Shown here: positions 10,578 to 22,490 of the stretch, one piece after another | Position numbering within the stretch: position 1 is the stretch's first letter | Layout: each line of letters begins with the position of its first letter | Origin: Octopus bimaculoides | Lineage: Eukaryota | Length of the DNA stretch: 36,856 nt | Reading direction: 5' to 3' | Assembly (NCBI RefSeq): GCF_001194135.2 | Contig: NC_068981.1 | Location: 70,968,962-71,005,817 of the forward strand | Translations under genes and position numbers: made by a program | Notes under the pieces: model-generated | Told to the model about the DNA's origin: nothing | The model's input: the letters and a program-made list of their open reading frames with translations, nothing else | Databases searched by the model: none

Positions 10578-11479
10578 GAGAGAACACCGGTGACGTTTAA
10601 CATGTGAGAATGATAAAACACTGATGCGAAATCTATCCAAAAACATCGGGAATAAAGACGGCAAATGGAGTCTAAAATAAATGACAAAGTGTTGGACTAT
10701 ATCCGAATAAGTAATACTCATTAAAATATATTTCTACCTTCCGAATGAAACTATGTATTTTAATTGTGTCTTAACTCTGTCATTTGCACAATACGTGTAA
10801 ACATGCTCGCCACACTGACAATGCACTGGACTACGCCCGAGTAAGTAATACTCATTAAAAGTTTTGGTTTATATCCGAGTACATACATATTGGACTATAT
10901 CCGATTAAGTACACATCACAAATACGTAACTACGTAAACTACTTCATTATGTATACACACTAGTTTTACATGGATACATTTTAGTAAGTAACGTATAAAC
11001 AACTACACACATACACATAAGCGAATTGAATAAAAACAAATGACAGAGACTAGTCATTATTGATCCCAAAAGCATTAAAACAGATGTACATATACACCCC
11101 TCCGGCATTAAACAAATATATACCACCACAAAAAAATAGGAGTGAGTATTAGTTTTTTGTTTGTTCCTTTGTCTTGTTTGACTACATTTATTTGTTTATA
11201 ATTATAGAAGCGGTGCTCTATCAAATTGTCTACGCTACCAGATAAGACCAGGAGCCTAGTACTAACACGAAAGTGTTAATGACAATTAGCCAAAACCCAT
11301 GTCGGATCAGGGGAAATATTAACAATGACAGATGATAAAAGAAATGAAAATAATAATATCAGTAATGATAATTATAATAATGAAAGGAAGCGGTTGGAAT
11401 CTCCCTACATCCTTACCGATGGTGTCACAATAAAAACACTGGTAATTGCGCAACCTGATAATCGCTACCTTATATGAGT

Positions 11480-14400
11480 GACAATGAAAAAAACAAAATA
11501 TGTGAATAACGGTGGTAATGAAACTGAAACCCTTGATCGTGACAATGTTGCACCCAGCAGACACAGAGATACTGAATCCAGCCTGTCGTTATCCAGCAAT
11601 GAACCACCACACATGGCGTAGATGGAGCAAACAAATTAATGCTGTTGTCGTGTAATGTTACTACCTGAGCAACACTGCAGACGAAAATGGTGTTCATCGT
11701 AGGGGATACCGACAACGTATGTATGATCAATGGAGAGAAAGAGGATTCTTTCAACTCACGGAACAGAGATTATGTGATCAAGATAGAGCAATAAGAAAAA
11801 ATCGTTGGTTTACAGAAGTAGAACTCGAAGATATCAAAAGACGGGTATTGGAAAACAGCGGCAGCGGAAACGATGAAATTACAGTTCTTATTGATAAAAG
11901 TAATCTCATAGCAGAAAACAGAGGTGAGATCTCTAATAAATCACAGGAAAGGGACAGTGATAGATTGCTCGATAAGGGACATATAGATGGTTTGGAAGAA
12001 TACAATAAAGCTAATGGAGGATGACAGATGGGCAAAAGGCAATCTACGACAGAATAAAGACAAGGGTACAGGAGAACGGTAGCAACATCATTTGCAATCT
12101 TATAAAAGTTGATCGATGGAAATTGAATCAAGAAACGAAAGACGTCAATCAAATTCTGAAATACAGAACAAAAAGAGTTACAGAAACAAAAAATTCATCA
12201 AGGCAGCAATTATTTTTGTAACAGAAAATGTGAGTGTCAATGTCAAGAAAAAGAGATTTAATGGGAGTGAGAAAAGAAAAGATCCATGGTAGAAAGGAAG
12301 AATACAGGCGGGGTTAGATATGCTCTCGAAGGACATTTCTGTGTTATACCGAAAAGAGAAGGGGGAGCTTAAAGCGAACAAAACAACAGGGCACGGAACA
12401 GGAAGTATCACATTGAAAGAAAGGGCCTTAAAGTTGTAATGGAGGAACTGAAACAGCGCCTTGTTGCAAAGAAAGCAAACATGGTAAGATTCGACCAAAT
12501 AATGAAGGGATACCAGCAGAACAGGTTATTCACAGTAGATCAGCAGAGATTCTGCTAAGAAATAAATGGAGAGTGTACAAATGAATAGTTGTTACCTGAT
12601 AACACTGAAAGTCAAAGGTTTTGGAGTGACATCAGGAGCAAATTCAATGAGGACAAGAAGGTTGCTGAATAGTTGCAAGAACTGAAACAAATAGTAGTCC
12701 GTAAAAAACAGTTAGAACTAGTCATTTCAGTTAGAGAAGTGAAGAAAATCAGCAAGCAAATGGGCAACTGGAGGGCTCCGGAACCTGATAGAGTTCAAAG
12801 GTACTGGATCAAAAGATTTGCTAAATGTCATGCACGAATAGCTGCACAACTCAACACCTTGTTAAATGCAGACCAAGTAACACCAGAATTTAATGCCAGA
12901 AGAAGAAAATGGTTGCAGGAAGAAGGTGAGAGAAAAGCTGCTAAATGAAGTAAAAGTTAGAATTAAAAATCTAACAATAGCATTGATAGATTATAGGAAA
13001 GTCTATGACATGATCTCACACTTATGGATAAGTGAATGTCTGAGAATATTCAGTATAGCAGACAGCATAAGAGAATTAATTAGCTTTAGCATGAAGAAAT
13101 AGTAAGTAGATCTCTACTCAGGTGACACACTCTTAAGGAAAGTTAATATTAAAAGAGGAATTTTCCAGGGGGGACTCGTTGTCCCCTTTAATATTTGTCA
13201 TTTGTTTGAGCTCCTTCAGTTTAGTATTAAGGAAGGCAAAGGCAGGGTATCGGTTCAGAAACAGTAATGGAAAAATTAACCATTTGCTCTACATGGATGT
13301 TCTGAAGCCTTTTGGTAAGAATAAAAAAGAGACAGATTCCTTAATACAGACTGTAAGAGTTTTCAACAAAGATATAGGCATGAAAGGGGGCATAGATAAG
13401 TTTGCAATATTAGTTATGAGAAAGGGACAGGTAGTCGACAGCGAAGGCATCCAGTTACCAGATAGCCAGACGTTAAAATCATTGAAAGGAGAGAGTTATA
13501 AGTATATAAGATTATTAGAATCTGACAGAGTATTAACTATAGAAATGAAAATGTAAATTGATAAAGTGTACATCAGAAGCGTGAGGAAGCTAATGAAAGC
13601 TAATCGTCCGAATCTAGTGAAGGCTGTAAATACTTGGGCAGTATCTTTACTTAGATACTCACTCAGCAGCTTTTACAGATTGGACGAAAACTGAATTAGC
13701 AAAACTAAACAGAACTGGGAAGGAATTCAATATGAATAGAGGTTTCCACCCAAGGGCAGATGTAGCAAGATTATACCTACATAGAAAGGAAGGCGGAAGA
13801 GGGTTAATATTGGCAGAAGACTGCGTGGAGTTAACTAGATTATACATAGACCCCTATGTAGGTAATTGTGAAGAAAGTTTATTAAAAGCTGCTAGAGTCA
13901 CAGCAAGATCTAGGGAAACCAAAAGCCAAACGAATTTAAAAACCAGAAAACAAAACAGAAATTATCTGACTGGCAGGAGAATGTGTTGCATGGTAGATTC
14001 CCAAAGATAGTTGTAGCAAATAGTACTAGTGAGACATGGTTATGTTTGCAGAAAAGAAAGCTGAAGAGGGAGACAGAAGGCTTGTTAATAACTGCACAAG
14101 ATCAAGCATTAAGGACTAATTAGATAAAAGCCTAGATAGACAAAAACCAAGTAGATTCCCAATGTAGATTATGCATATCAAAAGAGGAAAGCGTTACTCA
14201 TATAGTAAATGAATGTAGCATGCTGGTAGAAATAGAATGCAAGAAAAAACATGACAACCTAGGGAGAATAATCTAATGGGAGTTATGTAGAAAGCTAGGA
14301 TTTGAATATACTAATAAATGGTATGGACCTGAACCTAGTAAAGTTGTAGAAAGTAAGAAATACAAGATGTTGTGGGACCGTAATCAAACTGACAGACTAA

Positions 14401-14800
14401 TATAAGCTAGAAGGCCTAATTTCGTAATGGTAAATGAAGAGAACAGAAAATGCTAGATGATTGACTTTACGGTTCCAAATGACGAAAGAAATCAATATAA
14501 GAGTTATAGAAAAATATCAAAGTACCAGGACTTAGCTATTGAATTACAGAGACATTATGGAACGTGCGGGTAAAATGTATCCCAGTAGTTATAGGTACAT
14601 TGGGAATTATCCTCCAAACCTTAACAGATGGATTGGGGAAATAGGCCTAAGCTCCAGAAAGCAGTGTTATTAGGGACAGATAGAATACTTAGGAGGGTTC
14701 TTAGCATGTAAGGTTACATGTCGTGGCCCGATGTTAGGATTATTTTTTTCTTTTCCAGCAGTCTAATCTGTTGTGTGTATATGAAAATTATTCTAATGAT
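11480..14800 (+). mobile_element. near full-length R4/Dong-clade non-LTR retrotransposon, copy 3 (N-terminal domain, RT, CCHC, RLE), pseudogenised
   Basis: N-terminal CYYLS...GYRQRMYDQW...LTEQRLCDQ.RAIRKN.WF. RT motifs GNWRAPEPD, IDYRKVYD, RGIFQGDSLSPLIF and HLLYMDVL (YMDD decayed). CRLCISKEESVTHIVNEC, ARRPNF and LLGTDRILRRVL follow. There are many stops and part of RT domains 1-2 is missing near 12890. The 5' boundary is uncertain. Confidence 0.92.
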
Positions 14801-14802
14801 GA

Positions 14803-14803
<1 letters not shown>

Positions 14804-14833
<30 letters not shown>

Positions 14834-14896
14834 AAGAAGAAGAAGAAGAAGAAGAAGAAGAAGAAGAAGAAGAAGAAGAAGAAGAAGAAGAAGAAG

Positions 14897-14945
<49 letters not shown>
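14804..14945. repeat. (AAG)n-(AAC)n compound microsatellite at the 3' end of Dong/R4 copy 3
   Basis: AAG runs 14804-14896 and AAC runs 14897-14945. Confidence 0.97.
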
Positions 14946-14946
<1 letters not shown>

Positions 14947-15007
14947 GAATTAATTAAATAATAGGTTACATTAATATGTCAGTATTAATAAACTGTCTAC
15001 AGTCTAT

Positions 15008-15895
15008 CTACCCTATGTGAAAGTCCTCTCCGAAAAGATACAAGAGACATGCAGCCCATATGATAGCAGGACAGTATTCAAGAGTAATACAACACTTCGC
15101 AAATATCTCCTTCGGGTAAAACCACTAATAGGTGAGAATATGACCAAAAACTTCGTTTACTCCATCCCATGCAGCTGTGGTAGGTTATACAAAACAAAAC
15201 ATTCCACCCCCTCATAATAAGGGTAAAGGAACATCGCAAAGCTGTGACACAAGGAAATATTGATAAATCGGGTATAGCTGATCATGCATGGAAAAATGGA
15301 GACCACCTCCCCCTGTGGGATGAAGTTAAAATAATTGACAGAGAACACCACTGGAAAATACGAAAGCTAAATGAAGCAGCACATATGCTAGGACACAACA
15401 ACCTCCTAAGCAGACCGAGTGCAGATATGAATAGCATATGAGAACTGGTATTAAGGAAGGATAGGAAAATATTAGATTTATAAGCCCTAAAAATTCACTC
15501 CATAATAGCCCACGGGCATATGGTGTAGTGGTTATTAATAATAATAACAACAACATCGAAAAATACCTTAGGAATGAGAACCCAGGTTCGAAATTTCCCC
15601 AAGCCACATGAAGAAGGCAGATGAATGGAGGTTATTCGTGGATTTTTCTAACAGAAGTTTAAAGGCTGTTCTTCTCTACAATGGCAACACAGCTGCATCT
15701 GTGCCAGTTGGCCATAGTGTCCAAATGCCAGAAACTTAAGAAAATTAAGTACCAAAATCACAATTTTCTTATTTGTTATGATTTGAAAGTCATTACTCTC
15801 CTATTAAGGGAGATACGCTAACAACAAACAAGATAAGGACAAATATCCATCAAATGTAAATAGTGTACATAATTCCTCATCTCTTAAATACAGAA
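15008..15895 (+). mobile_element. Penelope-like element 3' portion: GIY-YIG endonuclease remnant plus terminal repeat
   Basis: Encodes LPYVKVLSEKI...VYSIPCSCGRLY (GIY with CxC)...IRVKEHRKAV...KSGIADHAW...WDEVKIIDRE...RKLNEA (15008-15441, frameshifted). The following repeat (15545-15895) is homologous to 29407-29579 and 36035-36200. Confidence 0.88.
15617..15816 (+). mobile_element. Chapaev transposase fragment inserted in the Penelope terminal repeat
   Basis: Homologous to 17307-17532; encodes WRLFVDFSNRSLKAVLLYNGN..SVPVGHSVQMPE. Confidence 0.9.
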
Positions 15896-16408
15896 TTGTA
15901 TTCTCCAATCTATATTTGTGTGTGTGTGCATGTGTACGATTGTATGTGTATGTATGCATGCACGTATTGAACAACGCACGCATGCTCACACGCCCCCCCC
16001 ACTCCCACACACACACATGCACTCATTACTACACATGCGTTCGTATTTGAAAATAACGTAGGTGCATATTCTGAATATTTCTATCTATTTCCCTGTGTAT
16101 CCATATGTGTATATGCGTGCGTATGTCTGTGTGTGTGCGCGCGCGTGTGTGTGAGAAAGGGTTGCTTCATAGAAAACATTGGAATGATTACGTTTGGGTC
16201 CTGTTAGTAAATCAAATCCAGATTACCACTGTTTTATGTTTCATAATATAATTGCATTAGTATCGTTTGACACTGAAACATTGTTTTGAACGAAATAAAG
16301 AAGACATTTCATAACTGTTTTCTATCACGCAAATACACTGATGTAATATCTCTTAGTGACATAACTATAGAAGAAACTGAAACCTGTTCTCTTGGCGTTC
16401 ATTCATTA

Positions 16409-18597
16409 CACTGGTCTGCATATACGAAAAATAATGAGCCATTGTGTTTTTTTTATTCCTTTTTATCACATCAGGCTGGCAAGTTATACAGAGACGTTAC
16501 TTTTCGCTTTTTGTATAACATAAGTAAATGATAAATTAAGATGCTTACCTTATATTGACTTAAATGTTAAATCTAATATATTTTTCTTTATTTTCACTCT
16601 GTGAATATGTCTAGATGCTGCATCAATTCACCAGATATATTCTGCTATGTCTGCAGGCAATTCACCCCTTCAGATTTCCGGAGCAATATTTCTCCTTTGT
16701 TGAAGCGCTGCTATTTAGCATAGTTTGGTTGCGAACTGGGAGACCAGGACAAGCCATTTGCACCTCACAAAGCTTCCAAGAGTTGCATCAGTAAGCTTCA
16801 AATGTGGTCAGTTGGAAAACTTAAATGTATACCCTTTGGAGTACCAATGGTATGGCGGGAGCAGATGAACCACTGCTACTTTTGTATTTAAAGTAGCTGT
16901 ATTCAACAACAAGACTAAAGATCGCATAATATACCTAACTATTCTTTCAGCAATAAGGCTTGTACCACACTCAGATGGTATTCCTGTACCTGTGCCACGT
17001 GAGACACAGGAAATTTCATCAGAGTTTGATACTAGTAAAACTAATGAGATGAAAGTAGACTATAAGCCACTAACAAATGACGATCCCAAATTCAATGACT
17101 TGATTAGAAACCTTAACCTTCCAAAAGAAAGTGCACAATTACTTGGCTCTAGATTACAGGAACACAAGCTTCTAGCTCTTGGAACAACATTCGCTTGGTA
17201 CCGTCATCGTGAAGCGGAATTTACTCAGTTCTTTTAGAAAGAGGATTCTTTGGTTTTCTGTTCAAATATTTCTGGCATTATTGAACACATGGGGATGTCA
17301 TACGAAGCAGATGAATGGAGGCTCTTCATTTATTTTTCTAACAGAAGTTTAAAGGCTGTTCTTCTCTACAATGGCAACAGAGCTGCATCTGTGCCAGTTG
17401 GCCATAGTGTCCAAATGCCAGAATGAAAATGTGAAGACAGTAATAACTGCAATTAAGCACCATAATCACAATTTTCTTATTTGTAGTGATTTAAAAGTTA
17501 TTGCTCTCCTACTAGTTCTTCAAGGGAGATACACTAAGTATCCCTGATTTCTGTGTCATTGGGATAGTAGGGCAGATATCCAGCACTATGAACAAAAAGA
17601 CTGGCCACTAAGAACCAGTTTCTTACCCGGAAATCACAACGTGAAAGCTGTGTCACTAACTTACCCCCACCCCCACCACCACCACCACCACAAAAAAATT
17701 CTGCTGCCACCAGTCTACATCAAATTAGGCTTATGAAAAATTTTGCGAAGGCCCTGAACAAGAATGGAGCTGCTTTCAAGTACCTGGAGTCAAAGTTTTC
17801 TCGTATAAGTGAAGACAAGCTGAAAGCAGGAATTTTTTTGGCCCTCAGATTCTGGAATTGAGGAGGAACAAGCATTTTGAGGAAGCATTAGCAGGTGTTG
17901 AAGTGAATACTTGGTTTTCCTTCAAGAAGAGTACCCAAAACGTCTTGGGAAACAGCCGCTCCCCAGAATATGAAAAAAAGATCCAAGACCTGATATCAAG
18001 TTTCCAACAACTTGGGTGTAGAACGAGTGTAGAGATGCATTTTTTACACTCGCATCTTGACTATTTTCCCAAGAATTGTGGGGACTACTGTGAGGAATAA
18101 GGAGAGCAGTTCCATCAAGACATTTGCACCATGGAAACTCGATACTGGGGCAATTGGAATGTCAGTATGATGGTGGATTATTGCTGGTCATTGAAACGTG
18201 ATGGTCCCTATGTACAGCACAAGCGGAAATCAAAGCGGTCCGCCTTCCTTTGAATCAATATGTAGGCTAACCATTTGGAACATATTTTTTACATTCATTC
18301 GGTTTGATGTTGATAATTCTGTTTCATTTCATGATGAACGTGGTTCATTTCATTCAAATTTGGAAAACATGTTCTAAAACTAACAGAATGTGCTTTTCCT
18401 TGATTACTTGCTTCATTTTTATAAAGTAACGATTTATTAAAAATTCACAATTTTTATCATTATTAATTTGTATTTTATTCAACATCCTTATCTGACAGAG
18501 CAAAATGGTTTAGGTATTTAGCATCAGCACCACAAGAATATGTAACATCACATCCATGAATAATAATAAAAGAAAAATTCCCAAATGCAGACCAGAG
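16409..18597 (+). mobile_element. full-length Chapaev3-type (CMC superfamily) DNA transposon, 2189 bp
   Basis: The 5' TIR CACTGGTCTGCAT (16409-16421) and 3' TIR ATGCAGACCAGAG (18585-18597) match at 12 of 13 positions. TTA flanks both ends (16406-16408, 18598-18600). A decayed transposase lies inside. CAC...GTG ends and 3-bp TSDs are the described Chapaev3 hallmarks. Confidence 0.85.
16607..18252 (+). pseudogene. Chapaev-type transposase pseudogene
   Basis: MSRCCINSPDIFCYVC...GDQDKPFAPH...PFGVPMVWRE..NH..CYFC; DLIRNLNLPKESAQLLGSRL; WRLF...SLKAVLL; CFLCHWDSRA; HFLHSHLDYFP...EE*GEQFHQDI...RY.G.W...MMVDYCWSLKRD. Multiple stops and frameshifts, plus a (CCA)n insert near 17670. Confidence 0.88.
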
Positions 18598-19794
18598 TTA
18601 TAGTCTAATATACTAACATGAAATGCTAAACGCTGTCGAACGAATATAAAGACATTGAACAAGCAGTTCTACTTAGTTAACCTAATAAGTTACTGAATAT
18701 ATTCTATTCTCATATTCATTTCTTCTACATTGTATCTTTTTATATCTAAAATCTTTTCAATGTTTTTTGAAAATTTAGCTGTTATGGTATGTGAACCCTG
18801 TATACCAGCCTGAAGTTTTTACATATTTCTCAGTTAACTCATTTAGCTGATGCAACCCACTCTATTTCAGACCAATTTCATAGAGAAAGATTGTATATTC
18901 AATTAGCATTCTCGTTCTGTTATAGTTATTTCGCCCATAACTATACACATATATCCTCATCAATATTTTTCTGAGTAGATTTTTAACCTCTTCCAGATAT
19001 TATTCTAATGAAATTTCTATGTATATTGATAGAAATGAATATGTCGACAAAATGTCAAAGTAGACTGAAGTGATGTATTGCAGACACATGCCTTTAAGTA
19101 CAGTAAATGAGTTATTGAAAAGATAATGTATCCTAAGACATCAAAGCGTAAACTAAGCTAACAGCTGCTCAACATACTGATAATTTATGATTAAAAAGAG
19201 TAGGTTTCCGCCATCGTTTTATTGCATGGGTAGTTCCTTTATTTTATCTCCAGGATGTATTTTTCGTATATTTTATTCTAACATCTGTTCTTGATATCTC
19301 TTAAAATTACTTTTAATATTTTTCTGTATCTGATTTTGTCTTTTGGCATCCTTGTTTATCACGGTCTTCGGTTCAAATAACAACACCGTGTTAAATGAAT
19401 CAGAGATAACTAATAGGACATATAGGAAAGATAGGTTTCGCTTCGAGTTCCAAAGTTGATGTTGATGTGAGCATTGTATATTGTCACTGGAGGGCGCTTT
19501 GATAGATTGCCGACCAGTGCTACCTCTTATCAATAAAGAATCAATGATAAATGAACCAATAAACAAGAATTGATGTATAACATTCGCTTTCTTTTCCCTT
19601 CCATCAGATCGTTTAAAGTATGTATATGGTTCCAGAATGTTCTGTTTAAAGTATGATGGTGAAGAAATCTCGTGTACGAAGTTTTACCTCATTCGGGTTG
19701 TCATCGAGTCCAAATCATTGTAATAGAATCGGTAGAGTGCAGAGGGAAATGGCTTGCAGAATTTACTTAAAGCCCTTTATAATATAGGTTTAAA

Positions 19795-19930
19795 TCAGGT
19801 CATAGTCGGTTTTAAGTTTCATCATTTCGGGGTCTATAAATTAAGTACTCGTCAAGTATTCTGACAGAAATAATAATTCACTATTTTATCCTCCAAAATT
19901 TGCAGCATTAAGCCTAAATTAGAAATCAGT
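19795..19930 (+). mobile_element. degenerate family-A SINE fragment
   Basis: tttcatcatttcggggtctataaattaagtac...cctccaaaatttgcagcattaagcctaaattagaaa matches the domain and tail of the other copies. Confidence 0.65.
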
Positions 19931-20294
19931 ATTATTTATTGATTGGCAGCGGTAGAATTACAAATATTAACGCTTTCACTAACTAAAAACAACCACAATA
20001 ACGGGAGCATCCATGAAAAACACATACATCATAGAGAAAATAATATAATTTACTACCTTTGCAGGCCACGAGTTAATACGAAAATGAGACTGCTTCCAAA
20101 TTTTGTACAAGAAAGTTGGCTATGTACTGATACTCATCTAACGGAGCCTACTTGTATAATTATATATAAATAACACCGTATAACACAATTTTTGTACTTG
20201 GGTAGCAACTGTTATTTCTTATTTTCTTACTCCTAGAAAGTATGCAAAATGGCTAATATTTCCTTCGACTTTTGCTTTTCTTACATTTATTCAG

Positions 20295-20465
20295 ACCCCC
20301 CACCCCAAATCCTTCTCAACACATGGCTATGAAGCTTCCACTCTACTCGGCCGATGATCAGATATTGTCATCAAGTAAGGGGTATGCTCGAATGGTTAAG
20401 GTCAAGTAACGGACAAGCAAATCTGTGGTACTGAGCAGAATATTTGCTATAACGATATTTCTACT
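20295..20465. mobile_element. dispersed repeat (SINE-tail-like) fragment
   Basis: ggttaaggtcaagtaacggacaagcaaatctgtggtactgagcagaatatttgct is recognised from memory as an abundant octopus repeat. There is no second copy in the window. Confidence 0.4.
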
Positions 20466-20887
20466 TCAGCAACTCGTCACTGAATCTGTCTGAAATGTAA
20501 TAGAAAATAAGTGAGTTTCAACACATTGATGTCCATGTAACAAAAGCAAAGTTTGAAGGGGATGGTAGTCATTTCCTTTGATTTCTTGATAGAAGCAAAT
20601 AGAAAATAACACTTACTGACTAAAGACAAAAAGAAATTTGTTAAACATTGTAATTAGAATATACTGAGTAAGTCTAAAATCATATTCAAATATAACGTAT
20701 TTCTCGTTTAGTGTAGCACTAGAAAGAATTTTCTTTAGCATGAATATTTGTAAAATAAAAGAGAAAATAGGGTAATATTTCTAATTTTGAATATTGAAAG
20801 CCAGTAATCGAATAAATGACGTCTTTGTAAGCCAAGGGGCGCAATTGTGCTGCTCTAAATGAAATTGCTATTTCAGCGAAAGATTAC

Positions 20888-21060
20888 GAACTGACAGAAC
20901 CGTTAGCATGCGGGCAAAATGCTTAGAGATCAAATTCCGCCGAGGTTTGCCTTTCATCTTTCAGAGTCTATAAAATACGTACCAGTTGAATACTGAGGTT
21001 GATGAAATCGACTTAAGCTCTTCCCCCAATTTTCTGGCCTTGTGACAAATTTTTAAGCCA
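20888..21060 (+). mobile_element. family-A SINE, internally deleted
   Basis: ctgacagaaccgttagcatgcgggcaaaatgcttag...caaattccgccgagg-tttgcctttcatctttcagagtctataaaatacgtaccagttg; collinear with 34122-34320. Confidence 0.85.
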
Positions 21061-22059
21061 GTAGAAGTGGTATTTTAGTTTATTGACTGTTAGATGTAAT
21101 TCTAGATCTATCTTATCGCCATTCAGGATTCTTAAAAGCATGTGAATATGTTTTAAAAATAACTCTTAGAAAATCTGATATCTCCTACAATCTGTACATA
21201 AATATAACATAAATTTTAATATTAAAAATATGTTGTGTTCATTAAGTAATTCTTGTAATATTAACTTCACAGCAACCATAGCATGATTAAAAAAAAACTA
21301 GATCAAACGCAGCTGTTTCAATGTTAATTGCCACTTCGGTTATCTCGTTGATGTTTATATCTTTTCACTGATAACATGTAAGAAACGTAGAGGTGCATGT
21401 GTACGCACAGGCACGCTTGTGCAGAAAAAATTTGCGTGTGTTTGTAAATTACTGAGTGTCTATGTGCAGGTGCAGGAATTAATGTATAGTCATGTCGAAG
21501 ACAGCATAATTAAGACAACTTGAAATATGCATAATGTAGATTATTCTACAGTTATTTCAAAATATTAGTTACATTATACATGTTTCAAGTATTCTGAGTC
21601 ATGGTCTGCTCTATATAAATAATGTTATTTAATTTGCTATCTGTTGGGTAAACATCCATCTGCACACAAATCTGAAAGGCTGATAATGGTGCACCCTGGT
21701 ACATTCTTGCTATATATTGGGATTTAGTTTCAAAATTATCTGAATAACCAAAGAATAGTGGGAGATCTATGACAGACGACATTATTACGGAATAGATCTG
21801 TAAGATTACCACACAAATTGAAGTCGTGCATTAATAATATTTCCAGAGCTGCATTGCTAGAAACAAAATCTATTTGCAATCGTTGTAATTTTGTACACAC
21901 ACATAGACAAACATTCACACATAGATATGTATGTATGCATGTAAGATATTACTTGACACACGATAGACGATGTTTAAACTCTGCACAAATGAATAAATTG
22001 CGCATTTAAATACACCTACCTAATGCCCGTGCATACACGCAACACAAGCATACAGCGAT

Positions 22060-22490
22060 ATCGTGAACAAGCTACTGTCATTTTTTCAAACTTCACCTTG
22101 CTAGTTCTCTTCCTTCCTTGAGTCCTTCCACACCCACTCTTCTCTTCTCTTTTTCTTTTCCTCTATTCACAATTATCTCTTTCTCACTCTCATTTACCCT
22201 CACGTGACCGAGATTTTGTCTGCAGTTTCGGTCCTTTTATCCCACTCCATAGCTTTCATTTTACCTATGATCTGCCAAGTCAAACAGACGTCTTAAGTTC
22301 GTTATCATACTCTTTTACTTCCACTGGATTAAAGATGCCAACCGAAACGTTATATTCTCTCCAGCTTCTTCCATTGATGTATTTATCGTCATTGTAGACA
22401 TTTTTGCTTTATTCATTTTGTATGTCTAAAATTGTCCGGTCAAATGTTTCTCGCAATATTTGCATCACAAACTTACTTGTGCTTTCTGAT
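22060..22490 (+). mobile_element. degenerate Penelope-like terminal repeat
   Basis: Pyrimidine-rich tract, then cCGAAACGTT (22343-22351) preceded by a decayed core box, then a T-rich tail into (AT)n. The layout matches the other Penelope termini in the window. Confidence 0.35.

Noticed and set aside
10693-10911. CRISPR-like interpretation of the 34-bp repeats
   Set aside because: Spacers are irregular (100, 4 and 9 bp), copies are partial, there are no cas genes and the context is eukaryotic.
11270-11330. Twister- or hammerhead-like reading of the Dong upstream region
   Set aside because: The required core boxes and the P4/pseudoknot pairings could not be placed.
19255-19730. Signal-peptide-like frames and a strong acceptor at 19607 with a 10-nt microexon or a 39-codon frame
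   Set aside because: In-frame stops; the hydrophobicity reflects T-rich composition; no consistent multi-exon phase.
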